Source: Candidatus Methanomethylophilaceae archaeon
Lineage (GTDB): Archaea; Thermoplasmatota; Thermoplasmata; Methanomassiliicoccales; Methanomethylophilaceae
NCBI GenBank assembly: GCA_050950505.1
Contig: JBMNHS010000001.1
Span: 640,001 to 704,000, forward strand
Length of the DNA stretch: 64,000 nucleotides
Reading direction: 5' to 3'
In this document: positions 36,720 through 47,700 of the stretch, one piece after another
How the letters are laid out: the number at the start of each line of letters is the position of its first letter
Position numbering within the stretch: position 1 is the first letter of the stretch
The notes under the pieces: model-generated
What the model was told of the DNA's origin: nothing
Seen by the model: only the letters and a program-made list of their open reading frames with translations
Databases searched by the model: none
Program-made: the position numbers and the translations under genes

Positions 36720-38051
36720 TCACTCCGTCTTTTTGAACTTTGCCAAGAGTTTGCCGATCTTTGTGGATCCCAAACCGACAAGCAGGATGTCGGAATTGTA
36801 AAGTCTCACGGTAATCAGTATGGTGACCACGGCGAATATCACGCAGTACACCAAACCCGAAACGACCAACAACACATTTCCGAACAACAGGTTCTGCATG
36901 ATCATCATCGGGTGCGAGAAAGGTATTGCGAACATTATTGCACGCATCACGGGGCCCAAGGAATTCCAGTCCGAAAGAAGGAATATGAACATGGGAATCA
37001 TGGCAAGAACCGATATCGGCAGAGTCATGGTCTGAGCTCCTTTGTAACTCTTGACGAAAGCTCCCAGAATCATACACAATCCCAAAGCGCACATTATGGA
37101 GAGGAACACGACCAACATCGTAATCGCCCACTCAAAGGGACCCAAAACCAACCCTATTTCGGACAGGTCGGTTCCCCCTATGCTCGTGGTCATGCTTCCG
37201 ATGTAAGCATACATTCCTATCATGTATGCTCCGCCGTAAATCAATCCCATCAGGGCGGAAGCAAGAATTTTTCCGCTGACGATGGTCGTTCTTTTGACGG
37301 GCAAAGTAAGCAGAGTCTCGAGAGTTTTGTTCTCTTTTTCGTTGCCCATGGATGATATGACAATGCTTCCCACCACCATGATGACTATCATGATAACAAT
37401 GGGAATCATCAACGTCTGGGTCATCAACGCGTTACTGATGTCCATGGGAGTCGTTCCCGCCACGAACCTGCCGTTGATGTATGTGTAAGAACCTTCAGAG
37501 TCTATTTTGACGGGATTGGTTTTGAATTCGTAATCTTCTCCGATGATGCTTTCGGATATGACGGCTCTGACGGAGTTCACATAAATCTGCAGAATTTCGG
37601 AACCGAGCCCGCTCATCATACCGGTGCCTTCCGCAATGTAATACGCCCGGACGGTTCCCTGTTTATCGTTTTTTATGTTAAGGGTGAAATTCTCGTCTAT
37701 CACCAACGCGCTGTTGAGGCCCAATTCATTCATCTTTTCGATTAGCCATTCTCCGTCTTCGACGGTTCCTTCGGCAGGAATTATCACGACGTGACGCTCG
37801 ATTTCTTCTTCGCTCATGCCTCCGTAGAAGCTCTTTATGACGGCTATGGCCAAATCCGAATATTCGGTATCGCCCCCGTCGTCGAAATTAAGCAATCCGA
37901 AGACCGGAGGTTCGGAAGCGCTTTCCGTCTGCTGACCGATCATGAATCCCAATCCGACGAATATCATAACAACGATGATTATGGACATCAGGGATTCCAG
38001 ATTCAAAAGTTCCCGCAATTCCTTTTTTATGACGTTCAGAAGTTTATTCAA
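36720..38051 (-). CDS. ABC-2 type (NatB-like) exporter permease
   Basis: KKELRELL, EKENKTLETLLTLPV.R..I..GK, IPFSHP. Confidence 0.9.
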   Translation of the reverse strand: MNKLLNVIKKELRELLNLESLMSIIIVVMIFVGLGFMIGQQTESASEPPVFGLLNFDDGGDTEYSDLAIAVIKSFYGGMSEEEIERHVVIIPAEGTVEDGEWLIEKMNELGLNSALVIDENFTLNIKNDKQGTVRAYYIAEGTGMMSGLGSEILQIYVNSVRAVISESIIGEDYEFKTNPVKIDSEGSYTYINGRFVAGTTPMDISNALMTQTLMIPIVIMIVIMVVGSIVISSMGNEKENKTLETLLTLPVKRTTIVSGKILASALMGLIYGGAYMIGMYAYIGSMTTSIGGTDLSEIGLVLGPFEWAITMLVVFLSIMCALGLCMILGAFVKSYKGAQTMTLPISVLAMIPMFIFLLSDWNSLGPVMRAIMFAIPFSHPMMIMQNLLFGNVLLVVSGLVYCVIFAVVTILITVRLYNSDILLVGLGSTKIGKLLAKFKKTE

Positions 38052-38769
38052 CGGACTTCACCCCTTTGACGAACACTTCCTCCAGATTCAACGCATCATA
38101 TTTTTCCAGCAGTTCGGCGGGGGTTCCCTGCATGATGATTCTCCCTTTGTTGATCATCGCCACCCTGTCACACAGGTATTCAACTTCGTGCATGTTGTGG
38201 GACGACAGAAGAACTGTGACTCCGGAATCCGCGATTTCCCGGATGAGGCCGCGGATGTCATGGGCGTTGATAACGTCCAATCCCGAGGTCACTTCATCCA
38301 TGATTGCAAGTTCCGGTCGGGTCATCATCGCCCGGGCAATCAGCAACCGCCGCATCATCCCTTTGCTGTAAGTGCCGACTTTGCTGTCTATTCTGTCGCC
38401 GAGATTGGCGATTTTTATGCCCTCTTCAAGCATCTGCCCTTTCTTTCCGCCTTCGCTGAAGAAACCGGATATGAACTGCAGATATCTGCGTCCGGTCATT
38501 TCTTTGTAAGCTCCCGCGTCTTCCGGGAGATAACTGATACATTTGCGGACCTTATCGCCTTCGGAAGCCACGTCGTGCCCGCAAACGGTTATCGAACCGG
38601 AAGTTATGGTAATGAGGGTGGAAATCATTCTCAGCGCCGTGGTTTTTCCGGCGCCGTTGGGACCGATCAGTCCGAAGATTTCTCCTTTCTTCACTGAGAA
38701 ATTTATTCCTTTGACCGCTTCCACACCGCCGTAGGATTTGCAAACATCGTTTACACGCAGGGCATCCAT
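38044..38769 (-). CDS. ABC transporter ATP-binding protein
   Basis: GPNGAGKTT, YSKGM, MDE, SSH. Confidence 0.95.
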   Translation of the reverse strand: MDALRVNDVCKSYGGVEAVKGINFSVKKGEIFGLIGPNGAGKTTALRMISTLITITSGSITVCGHDVASEGDKVRKCISYLPEDAGAYKEMTGRRYLQFISGFFSEGGKKGQMLEEGIKIANLGDRIDSKVGTYSKGMMRRLLIARAMMTRPELAIMDEVTSGLDVINAHDIRGLIREIADSGVTVLLSSHNMHEVEYLCDRVAMINKGRIIMQGTPAELLEKYDALNLEEVFVKGVKSVE

Positions 38770-38856
38770 GGACGGTTGACGTGTAATAAACTTAAAAAGA
38801 TATGTGACGGAGGATTAAGAAAATAGGTAAAGAGGGCCAAAGGCCCCGAAACCGGT

Positions 38857-39219
38857 TTAAGCGTCTTCCTGTGCGGGAGCGACGTTGCCGAGAGCCTTGT
38901 TGATGGTTTCCTGGAGTGTCTGGTATTTCTCCTGGAGGTTTTTGGCCTGGCGGTCCAAACCGTTGACGCGGATCTCAAGGGTTTCGATGGATTCCTCGAG
39001 GTCATTTTTGATGCCGTCTTTGTCGTCGACCTTAATCAGAAGGGAACCGACGTTTTTGAAAACGTCACCGGTCGCTTTGGCAAGTTCGTCCACAGTGCGT
39101 CTGAGTTCCCTGAGCTGAATCTCCATCTGAGCCTTCTGGGTGTTGACGTTCTGCAACTGCTGCTGAATCTGCTGGAACTGGGTTATCTGATTTTGGAGCT
39201 GGGGGCTTAATTCGTTCAT
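38857..39219 (-). CDS. pfdB: Prefoldin beta subunit
   Basis: SPQLQNQI.QFQQIQQQLQ, VFKNVGSLLI; superoperon position. Confidence 0.95.
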   Translation of the reverse strand: MNELSPQLQNQITQFQQIQQQLQNVNTQKAQMEIQLRELRRTVDELAKATGDVFKNVGSLLIKVDDKDGIKNDLEESIETLEIRVNGLDRQAKNLQEKYQTLQETINKALGNVAPAQEDA

Positions 39220-39452
39220 TTTTTCACCTTTATGATATTTTCTATGTCTTCCGTTATCGTTATGCTTTCAAGGTATGAATTGACGGCGGCCCTCATTGCG
39301 GAAGCGTCGGTTGCGATAATTTCGATTATCGCAACCCCTTCCTCGGAACGTACCGAAACGCCGGTACGGGGCAGATCCTCGGTCTCCGGTCCCACCGAAG
39401 CGATAACGCTTTCGGCATCGGAGGATCCGATTCTGAGGGTCGCGGTCAGCAT
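39216..39452 (-). CDS. pcc1: KEOPS complex subunit Pcc1
   Basis: I.A.D..AMRAAVNSYL; position between rpo12 and pfdB. Confidence 0.88.
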   Translation of the reverse strand: MLTATLRIGSSDAESVIASVGPETEDLPRTGVSVRSEEGVAIIEIIATDASAMRAAVNSYLESITITEDIENIIKVKK

Positions 39453-39456
39453 ACGA

Positions 39457-39594
39457 TCAGTCCGACTTCAGGACCTTCTTTATGTTGGGTCTTTCCTTGA
39501 AGAAAATCCTGGAACCGCACTTTTCGCACTGGAAACCCAAGGTTGCTATGTTCCTCAGGTGCTCGTTGCACTTGGCGCATCTGTAGTCGGACAT
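39457..39594 (-). CDS. rpo12: RNA polymerase subunit Rpo12 (P)
   Basis: MSDYRCAKC...FQCEKCGSRIFFKERP. Confidence 0.93.
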   Translation of the reverse strand: MSDYRCAKCNEHLRNIATLGFQCEKCGSRIFFKERPNIKKVLKSD

Positions 39595-39596
39595 CT

Positions 39597-39848
39597 TTAC
39601 TGCTCCGACACCTTGGAAATTTCCCTTCTGGTTTTGGGAGTGTACGCACCGGCAGCGAACTTGGCGTCGCAGCGGCGGCATTCCCAAATTCCGGAGGATA
39701 CTCTTTTCACGGAGTGGTGGTAGCAAACGGGACATTCATGTCTCTGCTTCTGTTGGGCCTCAATGGTTTTGACCCTGTTGCGGACAATGACACCGTATCT
39801 TGCACCGAACCTTCCCGCGGTACCGGCTTTCTTGGTTCTTTTCGCCAT
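39597..39848 (-). CDS. rpl37ae: 50S ribosomal protein L37Ae
   Basis: RTKKAG.AGRFGARYG, CPVC...VKR.SSGIW.C..C...FA.GAY.P. Confidence 0.97.
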   Translation of the reverse strand: MAKRTKKAGTAGRFGARYGVIVRNRVKTIEAQQKQRHECPVCYHHSVKRVSSGIWECRRCDAKFAAGAYTPKTRREISKVSEQ

Positions 39849-39853
39849 ATTAA

Positions 39854-40627
39854 TCACTCAATCTTTTTTCTTATTTCTATGCCGGTTTCGACAGCCATGT
39901 CCAAACAGGCACTGAGTTCGTCAAGGCTGATGGATCCCTGACCGCCCTTTTGCATCGCCCTGAAGTTTCCTTCGTCGTCAGTCGTGACGGTGAGACGGGC
40001 CGAAGCAATGTGCTCTTCGTCAAAATTTGGGTCTATTATTAAATCTTTTCCTATTTTGGCAAAGGTTACCGAAATGGGGGTGCAGGTAACGGGCAGAGGT
40101 TTATCCTCGCCCTTTCCGTATCTTTCCCCGGGAATGATTGCATTCTTGATTGCCAACACGGCGGCCAGGTTGCAGGCGTCGAACAGGTTGCCGCAATAAT
40201 CGATTACGTAGATGTCCACGTAGCACATCCAGACTTCTTCCCCGGCGACGATGCAGAGTTTGTCCACATCTATCATTCCGGATTCGCGGATTCCGCGGTC
40301 GACCACACGGGCGAGCTCGATGGAATCTTCTCCGGGCGGGCCGGATTCGAAGGAAGAATGGGCAAGAGGAATGAATTCCGCCCCGGTGGTCAGGACTCCG
40401 CTGTTCGGTTTGTCCGAGAACGGGGTTCCGGGTATGATCTTCACGCCGGCAATCACGGTGGTGTCCCCGAGCGTTACTTTGGCGGAACCGTCGGCGGTTC
40501 CGATCAAACTGATTTCATATTCGATGTTGCGGACGTCCTTGACGCCGCGCCCGTCGGTTCTTTTTCCCTCTTTTAATTGATTCACGATGTAATCGCGTCT
40601 GATTTCTGAAATGATTTTACTGCTCAT
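39854..40627 (-). CDS. rrp42: Exosome complex component Rrp42
   Basis: [34 protein letters not shown]. Confidence 0.96.
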   Translation of the reverse strand: MSSKIISEIRRDYIVNQLKEGKRTDGRGVKDVRNIEYEISLIGTADGSAKVTLGDTTVIAGVKIIPGTPFSDKPNSGVLTTGAEFIPLAHSSFESGPPGEDSIELARVVDRGIRESGMIDVDKLCIVAGEEVWMCYVDIYVIDYCGNLFDACNLAAVLAIKNAIIPGERYGKGEDKPLPVTCTPISVTFAKIGKDLIIDPNFDEEHIASARLTVTTDDEGNFRAMQKGGQGSISLDELSACLDMAVETGIEIRKKIE

Positions 40628-41372
40628 CGGATTCATCCTCCTCTTCTTCGTCATCCACGTCCGCACTGTAGCGTCTCTTCAGAGCATCCTTCTGCATCTC
40701 GTAGACCCGTCCGCAGCCTTCGACGCCCAGTTCTATGGCGCGGTCGAATTCTTCGCGGGTCATGTTTCCGTCCATCTGCAGGAGCACGATTTCTCCTGTG
40801 GTGGGAACAATCGCCATGGGAACGTCGGCTTCTCCGAAGTTGTCTTCCTCTTTGTTGAGATCCAAGAGGACGTGACCGTCGGCTTTGCCGGCGGCGATGG
40901 ATGCGACGATGTCCTTCATGGGTATTCCCGCATCGGCAAGCGCAACGGATGCGGCGGTAAGCCCGGCACACCTGGTGCCTGCGTTGGCCTGCAGAATTTC
41001 GATGTAAACGTCAATGGACGCACGGGGGTAGAGTCCGGTGAGCACGACGTTTTCCAGGGCTTCCGAGATAATCTTGGAAATTTCTACGGATCTTCTGTCC
41101 GTGCCCGGTCTCTTTCTGTCATCCACGGAATAGGCCTGCATGTTGTATTTGCACTGAATAATGGCTTTCGTCGGATCCTGAAGGTGTCTGGGGTGACATT
41201 CCCTGGGGCCGTACACTGCGGCCAGTACTTTGTTTTTACCCAATTCCACATATGCGGATCCGTCCGCATTCTTCAGGACTCCGGCCTCAATTTTAAGGTC
41301 CCGGGGTTCTTCGGCGGTTCTGCCGTCGATCCTTATGCCTTTATCATCAACTAATATCATATCTTCACTCAT
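40617..41372 (-). CDS. rrp41: Exosome complex exonuclease Rrp41
   Basis: [41 protein letters not shown]. Confidence 0.97.
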   Translation of the reverse strand: MSEDMILVDDKGIRIDGRTAEEPRDLKIEAGVLKNADGSAYVELGKNKVLAAVYGPRECHPRHLQDPTKAIIQCKYNMQAYSVDDRKRPGTDRRSVEISKIISEALENVVLTGLYPRASIDVYIEILQANAGTRCAGLTAASVALADAGIPMKDIVASIAAGKADGHVLLDLNKEEDNFGEADVPMAIVPTTGEIVLLQMDGNMTREEFDRAIELGVEGCGRVYEMQKDALKRRYSADVDDEEEEDESDEQ

Positions 41373-41374
41373 GA

Positions 41375-42088
41375 TTACTCATCTCCCTCATCTTCTTCAT
41401 CCTCATTCTGAGGGACTGCACTTTTCAAAAATTCTTTTACACGTTCGGTAAGATTCGCACTTACACTCTCTTCGTCAATCATTTTGATTGCTTCCACGGC
41501 GGCATCGGCATTTGTTCCTTCGCCGTCAATCCAAATCACACCGTTCTGTCCGATGAAAATTCTGCAATCGGTGATGTTCTTGATCATCTGTATCATAGAA
41601 CCGCTTTTCCCGATGACACGGGATACTTTGGTGTGTGAAATGTTGACGATCCTTCCTCCTTCGAGTTTCCGGAGTCCGGAATCTTTCATGGTCATCGAGA
41701 TTTTGTTGCTCTCGTCGACCATGAGTATCTTCAGCATGACGACATCGCCAACGCTGAGGTATTTGGAAGTGTCTCCGAAAGCCACCTTCCAGGGGACCTC
41801 GCTCACATGCAAAGGTGCGGGATAGGGGGCTCCGATGTCGACCATCCATATGGAAGATCCGACATCTTCGATGACTCCGATGACGGTATCTTTCGTCATC
41901 GGCATGTAACGTCCTCCGAGGGGAATCACGCTGACGGTGTTCTGGCGTATTCTTTTCACGCCGAGTATGCCTGCACGGATTTCGCCGCCAAGGAGGTATG
42001 TGTTTTCTCCCGCTCTCATGTTTCCGCCGTCCAATACATCTCCGGGGACGACCACCTCGCGGGGGCTTCTTCTGCTTTTATCACTCAT
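41375..42088 (-). CDS. rrp4: Exosome RNA-binding protein Rrp4
   Basis: [25 protein letters not shown] motif, GQNG.IW. Confidence 0.96.
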   Translation of the reverse strand: MSDKSRRSPREVVVPGDVLDGGNMRAGENTYLLGGEIRAGILGVKRIRQNTVSVIPLGGRYMPMTKDTVIGVIEDVGSSIWMVDIGAPYPAPLHVSEVPWKVAFGDTSKYLSVGDVVMLKILMVDESNKISMTMKDSGLRKLEGGRIVNISHTKVSRVIGKSGSMIQMIKNITDCRIFIGQNGVIWIDGEGTNADAAVEAIKMIDEESVSANLTERVKEFLKSAVPQNEDEEDEGDE

Positions 42089-42107
42089 TATAAATCACGT
42101 CTTGAAA

Positions 42108-42803
42108 TCAATCCAACATCTTCACCGATGCGGATCCTTTTGTTTTCTGTTTGAGTTTTTCCGAAAACTCTATGGTCAGACCCGCAGGGATTTCCATAAT
42201 GGCCATCCACGAGCCGTCGTTGCCCCATTCTTCCCTGTCGACCGAACCGTAATGCATTATGTCTTCATAGCACCGGGCATATTCGTTGCCGCTCAGTTTT
42301 ACGGCAACTTTGACTTTTTCGAACCTGATGGGAAGCAGAGGCCGAAGAAGCTTCATTGCTTCATCGATCTCCCGTTCCATGGGTTTGAACAGGTCGGGGC
42401 GGAATCTGGCTTCTTCCAACGCCAGTTCTATTCTCTGTGCAGGGTGAGGGAGTTTTGTCTGGGGGTTTATCGCGTTGGCGGAAATATATGTTATAATCCG
42501 TCTGCGTTTGGCCTCCAACATCTCTCTTCTCTGCTCGGTCGTTATCTGAACCTCGCCTTTTTCGATGATTCTCTCGGCAATTTCCAAAGGATCGGTGGTT
42601 CCGAACGCCTCCATCATTTTTTCTTCGGGAGGGCGGAGTCCTTTCTTTGCATCCTTGAACACGTCTTCGACGGCAAGGTACTTTGACAGATCCACTTCTT
42701 TGCCCTGTTTAATCAAATCCATGGCGGCGGGATCCAGCAGAATCTCGAATGTTTCGCCGTGGCTGTCCAATCGGGCAATTATGGCGTTGTCGAGGTCGAC
42801 CAT
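42108..42803 (-). CDS. sdo1: Ribosome maturation factor SBDS/Sdo1
   Basis: IARL..HGETFEIL, FGTTD, GEVQIT.EQRR, NPQT..PHP..RIE.A. Confidence 0.96.
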   Translation of the reverse strand: MVDLDNAIIARLDSHGETFEILLDPAAMDLIKQGKEVDLSKYLAVEDVFKDAKKGLRPPEEKMMEAFGTTDPLEIAERIIEKGEVQITTEQRREMLEAKRRRIITYISANAINPQTKLPHPAQRIELALEEARFRPDLFKPMEREIDEAMKLLRPLLPIRFEKVKVAVKLSGNEYARCYEDIMHYGSVDREEWGNDGSWMAIMEIPAGLTIEFSEKLKQKTKGSASVKMLD

Positions 42804-42810
42804 CGTAACT

Positions 42811-43518
42811 TCACTCTTTCAGCAATTCCGAAATCTCTTCGGTGGAGAGTCTGCGGAAACGTTTTCCTTTCTCCACCACTCCGATTTCGATATTTTCGGC
42901 GGCAGGTTTTTCATCGACGCCGGATTCAAGACCCTTTATTCCGAGTCTGAGGGCATCAAAACATTCCATGCCGTCTTCGTACTCCCTTTCGAAAAGATCC
43001 ATCACCGCGGCGCGTCCGCATCCGATGCAGGTGGCCTTGTAAGACACCAGAGCGCCGGACGGGTCGGTTTCAAACAGGTTGAGTCCCGATTCGTCGACTC
43101 CCGCCAAGAGCATGGCGGTTCCGAAAGGACGGGCTCCGCCGAACTGAGTGTAATTTTGTTTGAAATCGCATATTTTCTTGACCAACATCTGAACGGATAT
43201 GCTTTCGCCGTAAGTTATCTTGTGAATCTGGGCGCTCTTTCTTGCCTCGTCCACCAAAATTCTTGCGTCGGCGACCAAACCTGATGTAGCGCATCCGATG
43301 TGGTCGTCGATATCGTAAATTTTCTCTATGGAAGCGGGTTCCACCAACTTGCTGGATACCCTTTTATCAACAATGAGGGCCACTCCATCCTTATACTTCA
43401 GACCGATAGTCGTCGTACCTTTTTTCACCGCTTCACGGGCGTACTCGACTTGAAAAAGCCTTCCGTCGGGGGAGAAGACAGTAATTCCCCTGTCATAAGC
43501 CATTTGTCCTGGTTGCAT
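42811..43518 (-). CDS. psmA: Proteasome alpha subunit
   Basis: YDRGITVFSPDGRLFQVEYAREAV, SGLVADAR, RPFG, TDPSG. Confidence 0.98.
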   Translation of the reverse strand: MQPGQMAYDRGITVFSPDGRLFQVEYAREAVKKGTTTIGLKYKDGVALIVDKRVSSKLVEPASIEKIYDIDDHIGCATSGLVADARILVDEARKSAQIHKITYGESISVQMLVKKICDFKQNYTQFGGARPFGTAMLLAGVDESGLNLFETDPSGALVSYKATCIGCGRAAVMDLFEREYEDGMECFDALRLGIKGLESGVDEKPAAENIEIGVVEKGKRFRRLSTEEISELLKE

Positions 43519-43567
43519 TATCTAATCTCCTTGTACTCTCGAGTATGACGTAAGACACAGTATATTA

Positions 43568-43894
43568 TTATTTCATCCCTTGCGTCCGGTTCTCATCTCC
43601 GGATTTTTTCCCTTTTCCCAAGGGCCCGTATGTTTCCCTCAGAGTCTTGAGGGTGCCGGAGGTTTTCAGTGATTCTGACCCCGGATATCCGCAAACGATT
43701 CGGGTTATGACTTCTTCCTTATCGGCGGGAGAACATCTCACGACGGCCATCCCTTCATCACAATATATTATTCTGATTTGAGGCAAATCCGAAAGAAGGC
43801 GATCGAGTCCCCGTCTGTCGGTTTCTTCCGGAACGTTGAACACGATGTACCTGCGCCTGCCCCGCATACTCTTGACAGTCACGTCGGAAACCAT
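43568..43894 (-). CDS. pop5: RNase P protein component Pop5/Rpp14-like
   Basis: RGRRRYIVF, AVVRC, TSGTLKTLR; canonical position upstream of psmA. Confidence 0.8.
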   Translation of the reverse strand: MVSDVTVKSMRGRRRYIVFNVPEETDRRGLDRLLSDLPQIRIIYCDEGMAVVRCSPADKEEVITRIVCGYPGSESLKTSGTLKTLRETYGPLGKGKKSGDENRTQGMK

Positions 43895-44427
43895 CAGTTC
43901 TTTGTTTTTATCTTTATCCGTTGGGAAGGTTGCCTAAGACGGCCGGATTCGTAGATGTTGCCGCACCGGTCGCAAACTCCGAGGTGACTTTGAAAGGAGT
44001 TTCCGCAGGAACAGATTATCGATCCGTCATCCCCAGGATAAACCGTTCCGCATCCGCAAACTCCGTCACCCGGATTCTTTCCGCATACCGGACAAGGAGT
44101 CGTTTTCGCCGGTCTGACCGTGGAATCATCGAAAGGTGCGTTACAATAAGGACAACCGCCTATGGAAAACGCACAGTCTTTATGGGATATTCTGCCGCAA
44201 CTGCATATCGCAATCTCGTTGTTTCCGATGCGCCCCAAGCAGACTGAGCAGGGTTTTTCCGATCCCGAATCATCCAGAAAATGGGTAGGTCTTTCGGAAA
44301 AATGGAGATTTCTGCAGTCTCTTTCATCGATATTGCGGAACCCATTCAACCGTTTGATGGATATAATTACCACCGACACAAAAATTATACCCAGTAGGAT
44401 TATCAATATGACCAGGCTCATACTCAT
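43894..44427 (-). CDS. Membrane-anchored RING-like zinc-finger plus zinc-ribbon protein
   Basis: N-terminal TM (LVILIILLGIIFVSVVIISI); CSVC-x11-CSC-x4-H-x2-C-x6-CPYC; then CPVC, CGC, CSC, CDRC; stop overlaps the pop5 ATG. Confidence 0.78.
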   Translation of the reverse strand: MSMSLVILIILLGIIFVSVVIISIKRLNGFRNIDERDCRNLHFSERPTHFLDDSGSEKPCSVCLGRIGNNEIAICSCGRISHKDCAFSIGGCPYCNAPFDDSTVRPAKTTPCPVCGKNPGDGVCGCGTVYPGDDGSIICSCGNSFQSHLGVCDRCGNIYESGRLRQPSQRIKIKTKN

Positions 44428-44756
44428 TATAGATAAACGTTTCCTATTTAACACATCCGATAATGGAATACCGATCCTGAAATAATGCATACAATGTAAA
44501 AATTTGTGTTACTCACTTTACAATAAATATAGTAGTATTAACTTATAAGATAACATAGAATTTGAGTTAAATTTTAGATACTGGCTCATATGCAAAACGG
44601 CATTAACTAATTTTCTTTACGGAAGCATGAAAATCAAAAAACAGAAATTCTATATTAAATACGTTCATCATTTAAAGATATTGCGTAGAAGGGTTAATAT
44701 CAATATCCCCGTATTTCAGATTCGTTAAAAACCACTTAAACAACGGAGGCAATGAT

Positions 44757-47700
44757 TTGACCAAATCAGCATTAGTAATTGGAGGAGGAATCGCAGGCAT
44801 TCAAGCTTCGTTGGATCTTGCGGACAGGGGCGTTCACGTCTACCTGGTGGAAAAAGATGCCACCATCGGTGGGGCGATGTCCCGTCTGGACAAGACTTTC
44901 CCGACGAACGATTGTTCTGCTTGTATCCTGTCTCCCAAAATGGCAGACTGTGCGGGTCACCCGAACATTTCGCTTCTCACCTATCATGAAGTAATGAAGG
45001 TGGACGGAACGGCAGGGGACTTCAAAGTCACAGTAAAGAAAAAGGCCAGATATGTCATCGCAGAGGAGTGTACCGGCTGTGCTGACTGTGTGGCAAAGTG
45101 TCCTTCCAGGAATATTCCCGATGAATACGAATTCGGTCTTTCCTCAAGAAGGGCGATTCACATACCCCACGCCCAGGCAGTTCCCAGAGTTGCCATCATC
45201 GATCCTGACAACTGCAGGATGATTCAGAGCGGCAAGTGCGGTGTGTGCGCCAAAGTCTGTCAGAAGGGAGCTATTAACTACGAAGACAAAGACGAAGAAA
45301 TTGTCATCAACGTCGGATCCATAATAGCAGCCACAGGTTTCGCCGTGTGGGATGCTAACATAGCGTCCGAATACGGATACGGCAGATTCGACAACGTCAT
45401 AACTTCGATGGAATTCGAAAGATACATGTGTGCATCCGGATGTACCGGCGGTCACATAACGATGCCTTCTTCCGGCGAAGAGCCCAAGAAGATAGCCTTC
45501 GTTCAGTGCTGCGGATCCAGATCCCAGAAAGACGGTTGGAAGAAATACTGTTCTTCCATCTGCTGTATGCAGGCAACCAAGGAAGCAATGCTCACCAAAG
45601 AGCACATAGCCGAAGTTCAGGAAGATATCTACTTCATGGACATCAGATCCTACGGAAAAGAGTTCGAAGACTACATCCACAGGGCTGAAAACCAGTACGG
45701 TATCGGAATGCACAGAGGGGCCCGTGTTTCACACCTCGAAGAGGACCCTGAAACCAAGCAAATTATACTGAATTACACCGATGAAGAAAACAACGGAAAA
45801 TCCGAAGTGTACGATCTCGTCGTACTTTCGGTTGCGCTTGCACCGCCGGAGGGCGTCAAAGAATTCGCCGACACGCTCGGTATCGAACTCAACGACCACG
45901 GATTCTGCAAGACCACCGTTTTCGATCCTCTTGCAACTTCAAGAGAAGGTGTCTTTGTTACCGGTGCTTTCGCCGCGCCCAAGGACATTCCCACATCGGT
46001 TGCCGAAGCCAGCGGTGCATCCGCCAAGGCCGCCAAATACATCGTCGGAGAGGGATTCGTACCCGCAGCCCCCAAAGAATATCCTGCTGAAAAGGATGTT
46101 TCCGGCCTGGAGCCCCGTGTCGGTGTTTGGGTCTGCCACTGCGGAACCAACATTGCCGGAACCATCGATGTGAAAGCCGTTGCCGAATACGCATCCAAAC
46201 TGCCCGGTGTCGCTTACGCCACCGACGTGGTATACGCATGCGCACAGGACGCACTTGCCGAAATATCCGAATCCATCAAAGAGCACGACCTCAACAGAGT
46301 CGTCGTCGCATCATGCACGCCCAGGACTCATGAACCCCTGTTCAGAGAGTCCGCCCGCGACGGAGGACTCAACCCGTACCTCGTCAACATGGCGAACATA
46401 CGCGACCAGTGCTCCTGGATTCACATGCAGGCCGCCGATGCAGCCACTGAAAAATCCAAAGATCTTATCAGAATGGCAATCGCCAAGGCCAAGTTGCTCG
46501 AACCCCTTCAGGGTGCCGACGTCCCTGTCATTCAGACAGCCGCCGTCGTCGGTGGAGGAATCACCGGTATGACCGCTGCCCTCGACCTTGCAGCTCAGGG
46601 ATTCACAACGTACTTGATTGAAAAGGAGAAGGAGCTCGGAGGTTTCGCACGCAACTTCAAACACAAGGAAGACGGAGTATCCGTATCGGACTTCCTCCAG
46701 AAGACCATCGATGCCGTCAACAGCAACGATCTCATCAAAGTCTACACCGGAGTGTCCGTGACGGACATACCCGGTTACGTCGGAAACTTTAAACTTAAAC
46801 TTTCCAACGGAGCCGAGATCGAAACCGGAGCGGTTCTGCTTGCAATCGGTGCCGAACAGTATCAGCCCACCGAATTCAACTACGGAAAGGACCCCAAGGT
46901 CATGACCATCATTGAAGCGGAAAACAAGATTGACGAAGGCGCTTTCAACGGCCAGAACGTAGCATTCATAAGCTGCGTCGGATCCAGAAACGACGATGTC
47001 GCATACTGTTCCCGCGTATGTTGTTCCGGTTCGCTGCGCAACGCAATCCAGATAAAGATGAAGAACCCGATGGCAAACGTCACGTACTTCCACAAAGACG
47101 TCAGGACTTACGGATTCCGCGAGGATCTCTACTTCCTGGCATCTCAGCTCGGAATCAACTTCGTCAGATACCCCGTCGGAAACGACCTTCCGTCCTATGA
47201 CGGAAACGTCGTCAAGGCATTCGACAGCACTCTCGGTGTAGAAATCGAAGTGCCGGTCGACGCCGTTGTGCTGGCGGCGGGAATCGCGCCTAACCCCGAA
47301 TCCCAGAGCATCGCACAGATGGTCAAGGTCCCCATAAGCAAGGATGGCTTCTTCTTCGAGGCTCACCAGAAGCTCAGACCGGTGGACTTCGCTACCGAAG
47401 GTGTGTATGTCGCGGGTACCGCGCACTGGCCCAAATTCATGGACGAGTGCATGGCTCAGGCGTCGGGTGCGGCTTCCAGAATGGTTACGATCATTTCCAA
47501 GCCGAACCGTGTTTCCGAAGGTATCGTGGCTTCCGTCAACCCCAACAGGTGTGACGGCTGCGGTGTCTGTGAAGGATGCTGTGATTACAATGCGATTAAG
47601 ATTGTAGACTGCGGAAACGGAAAATACAAGAGTGACGTGAACCCCGCCCTGTGCAAGGGCTGCGGAAGCTGCGTCGCATCTTGTCCGTCCGGAGCGATGG

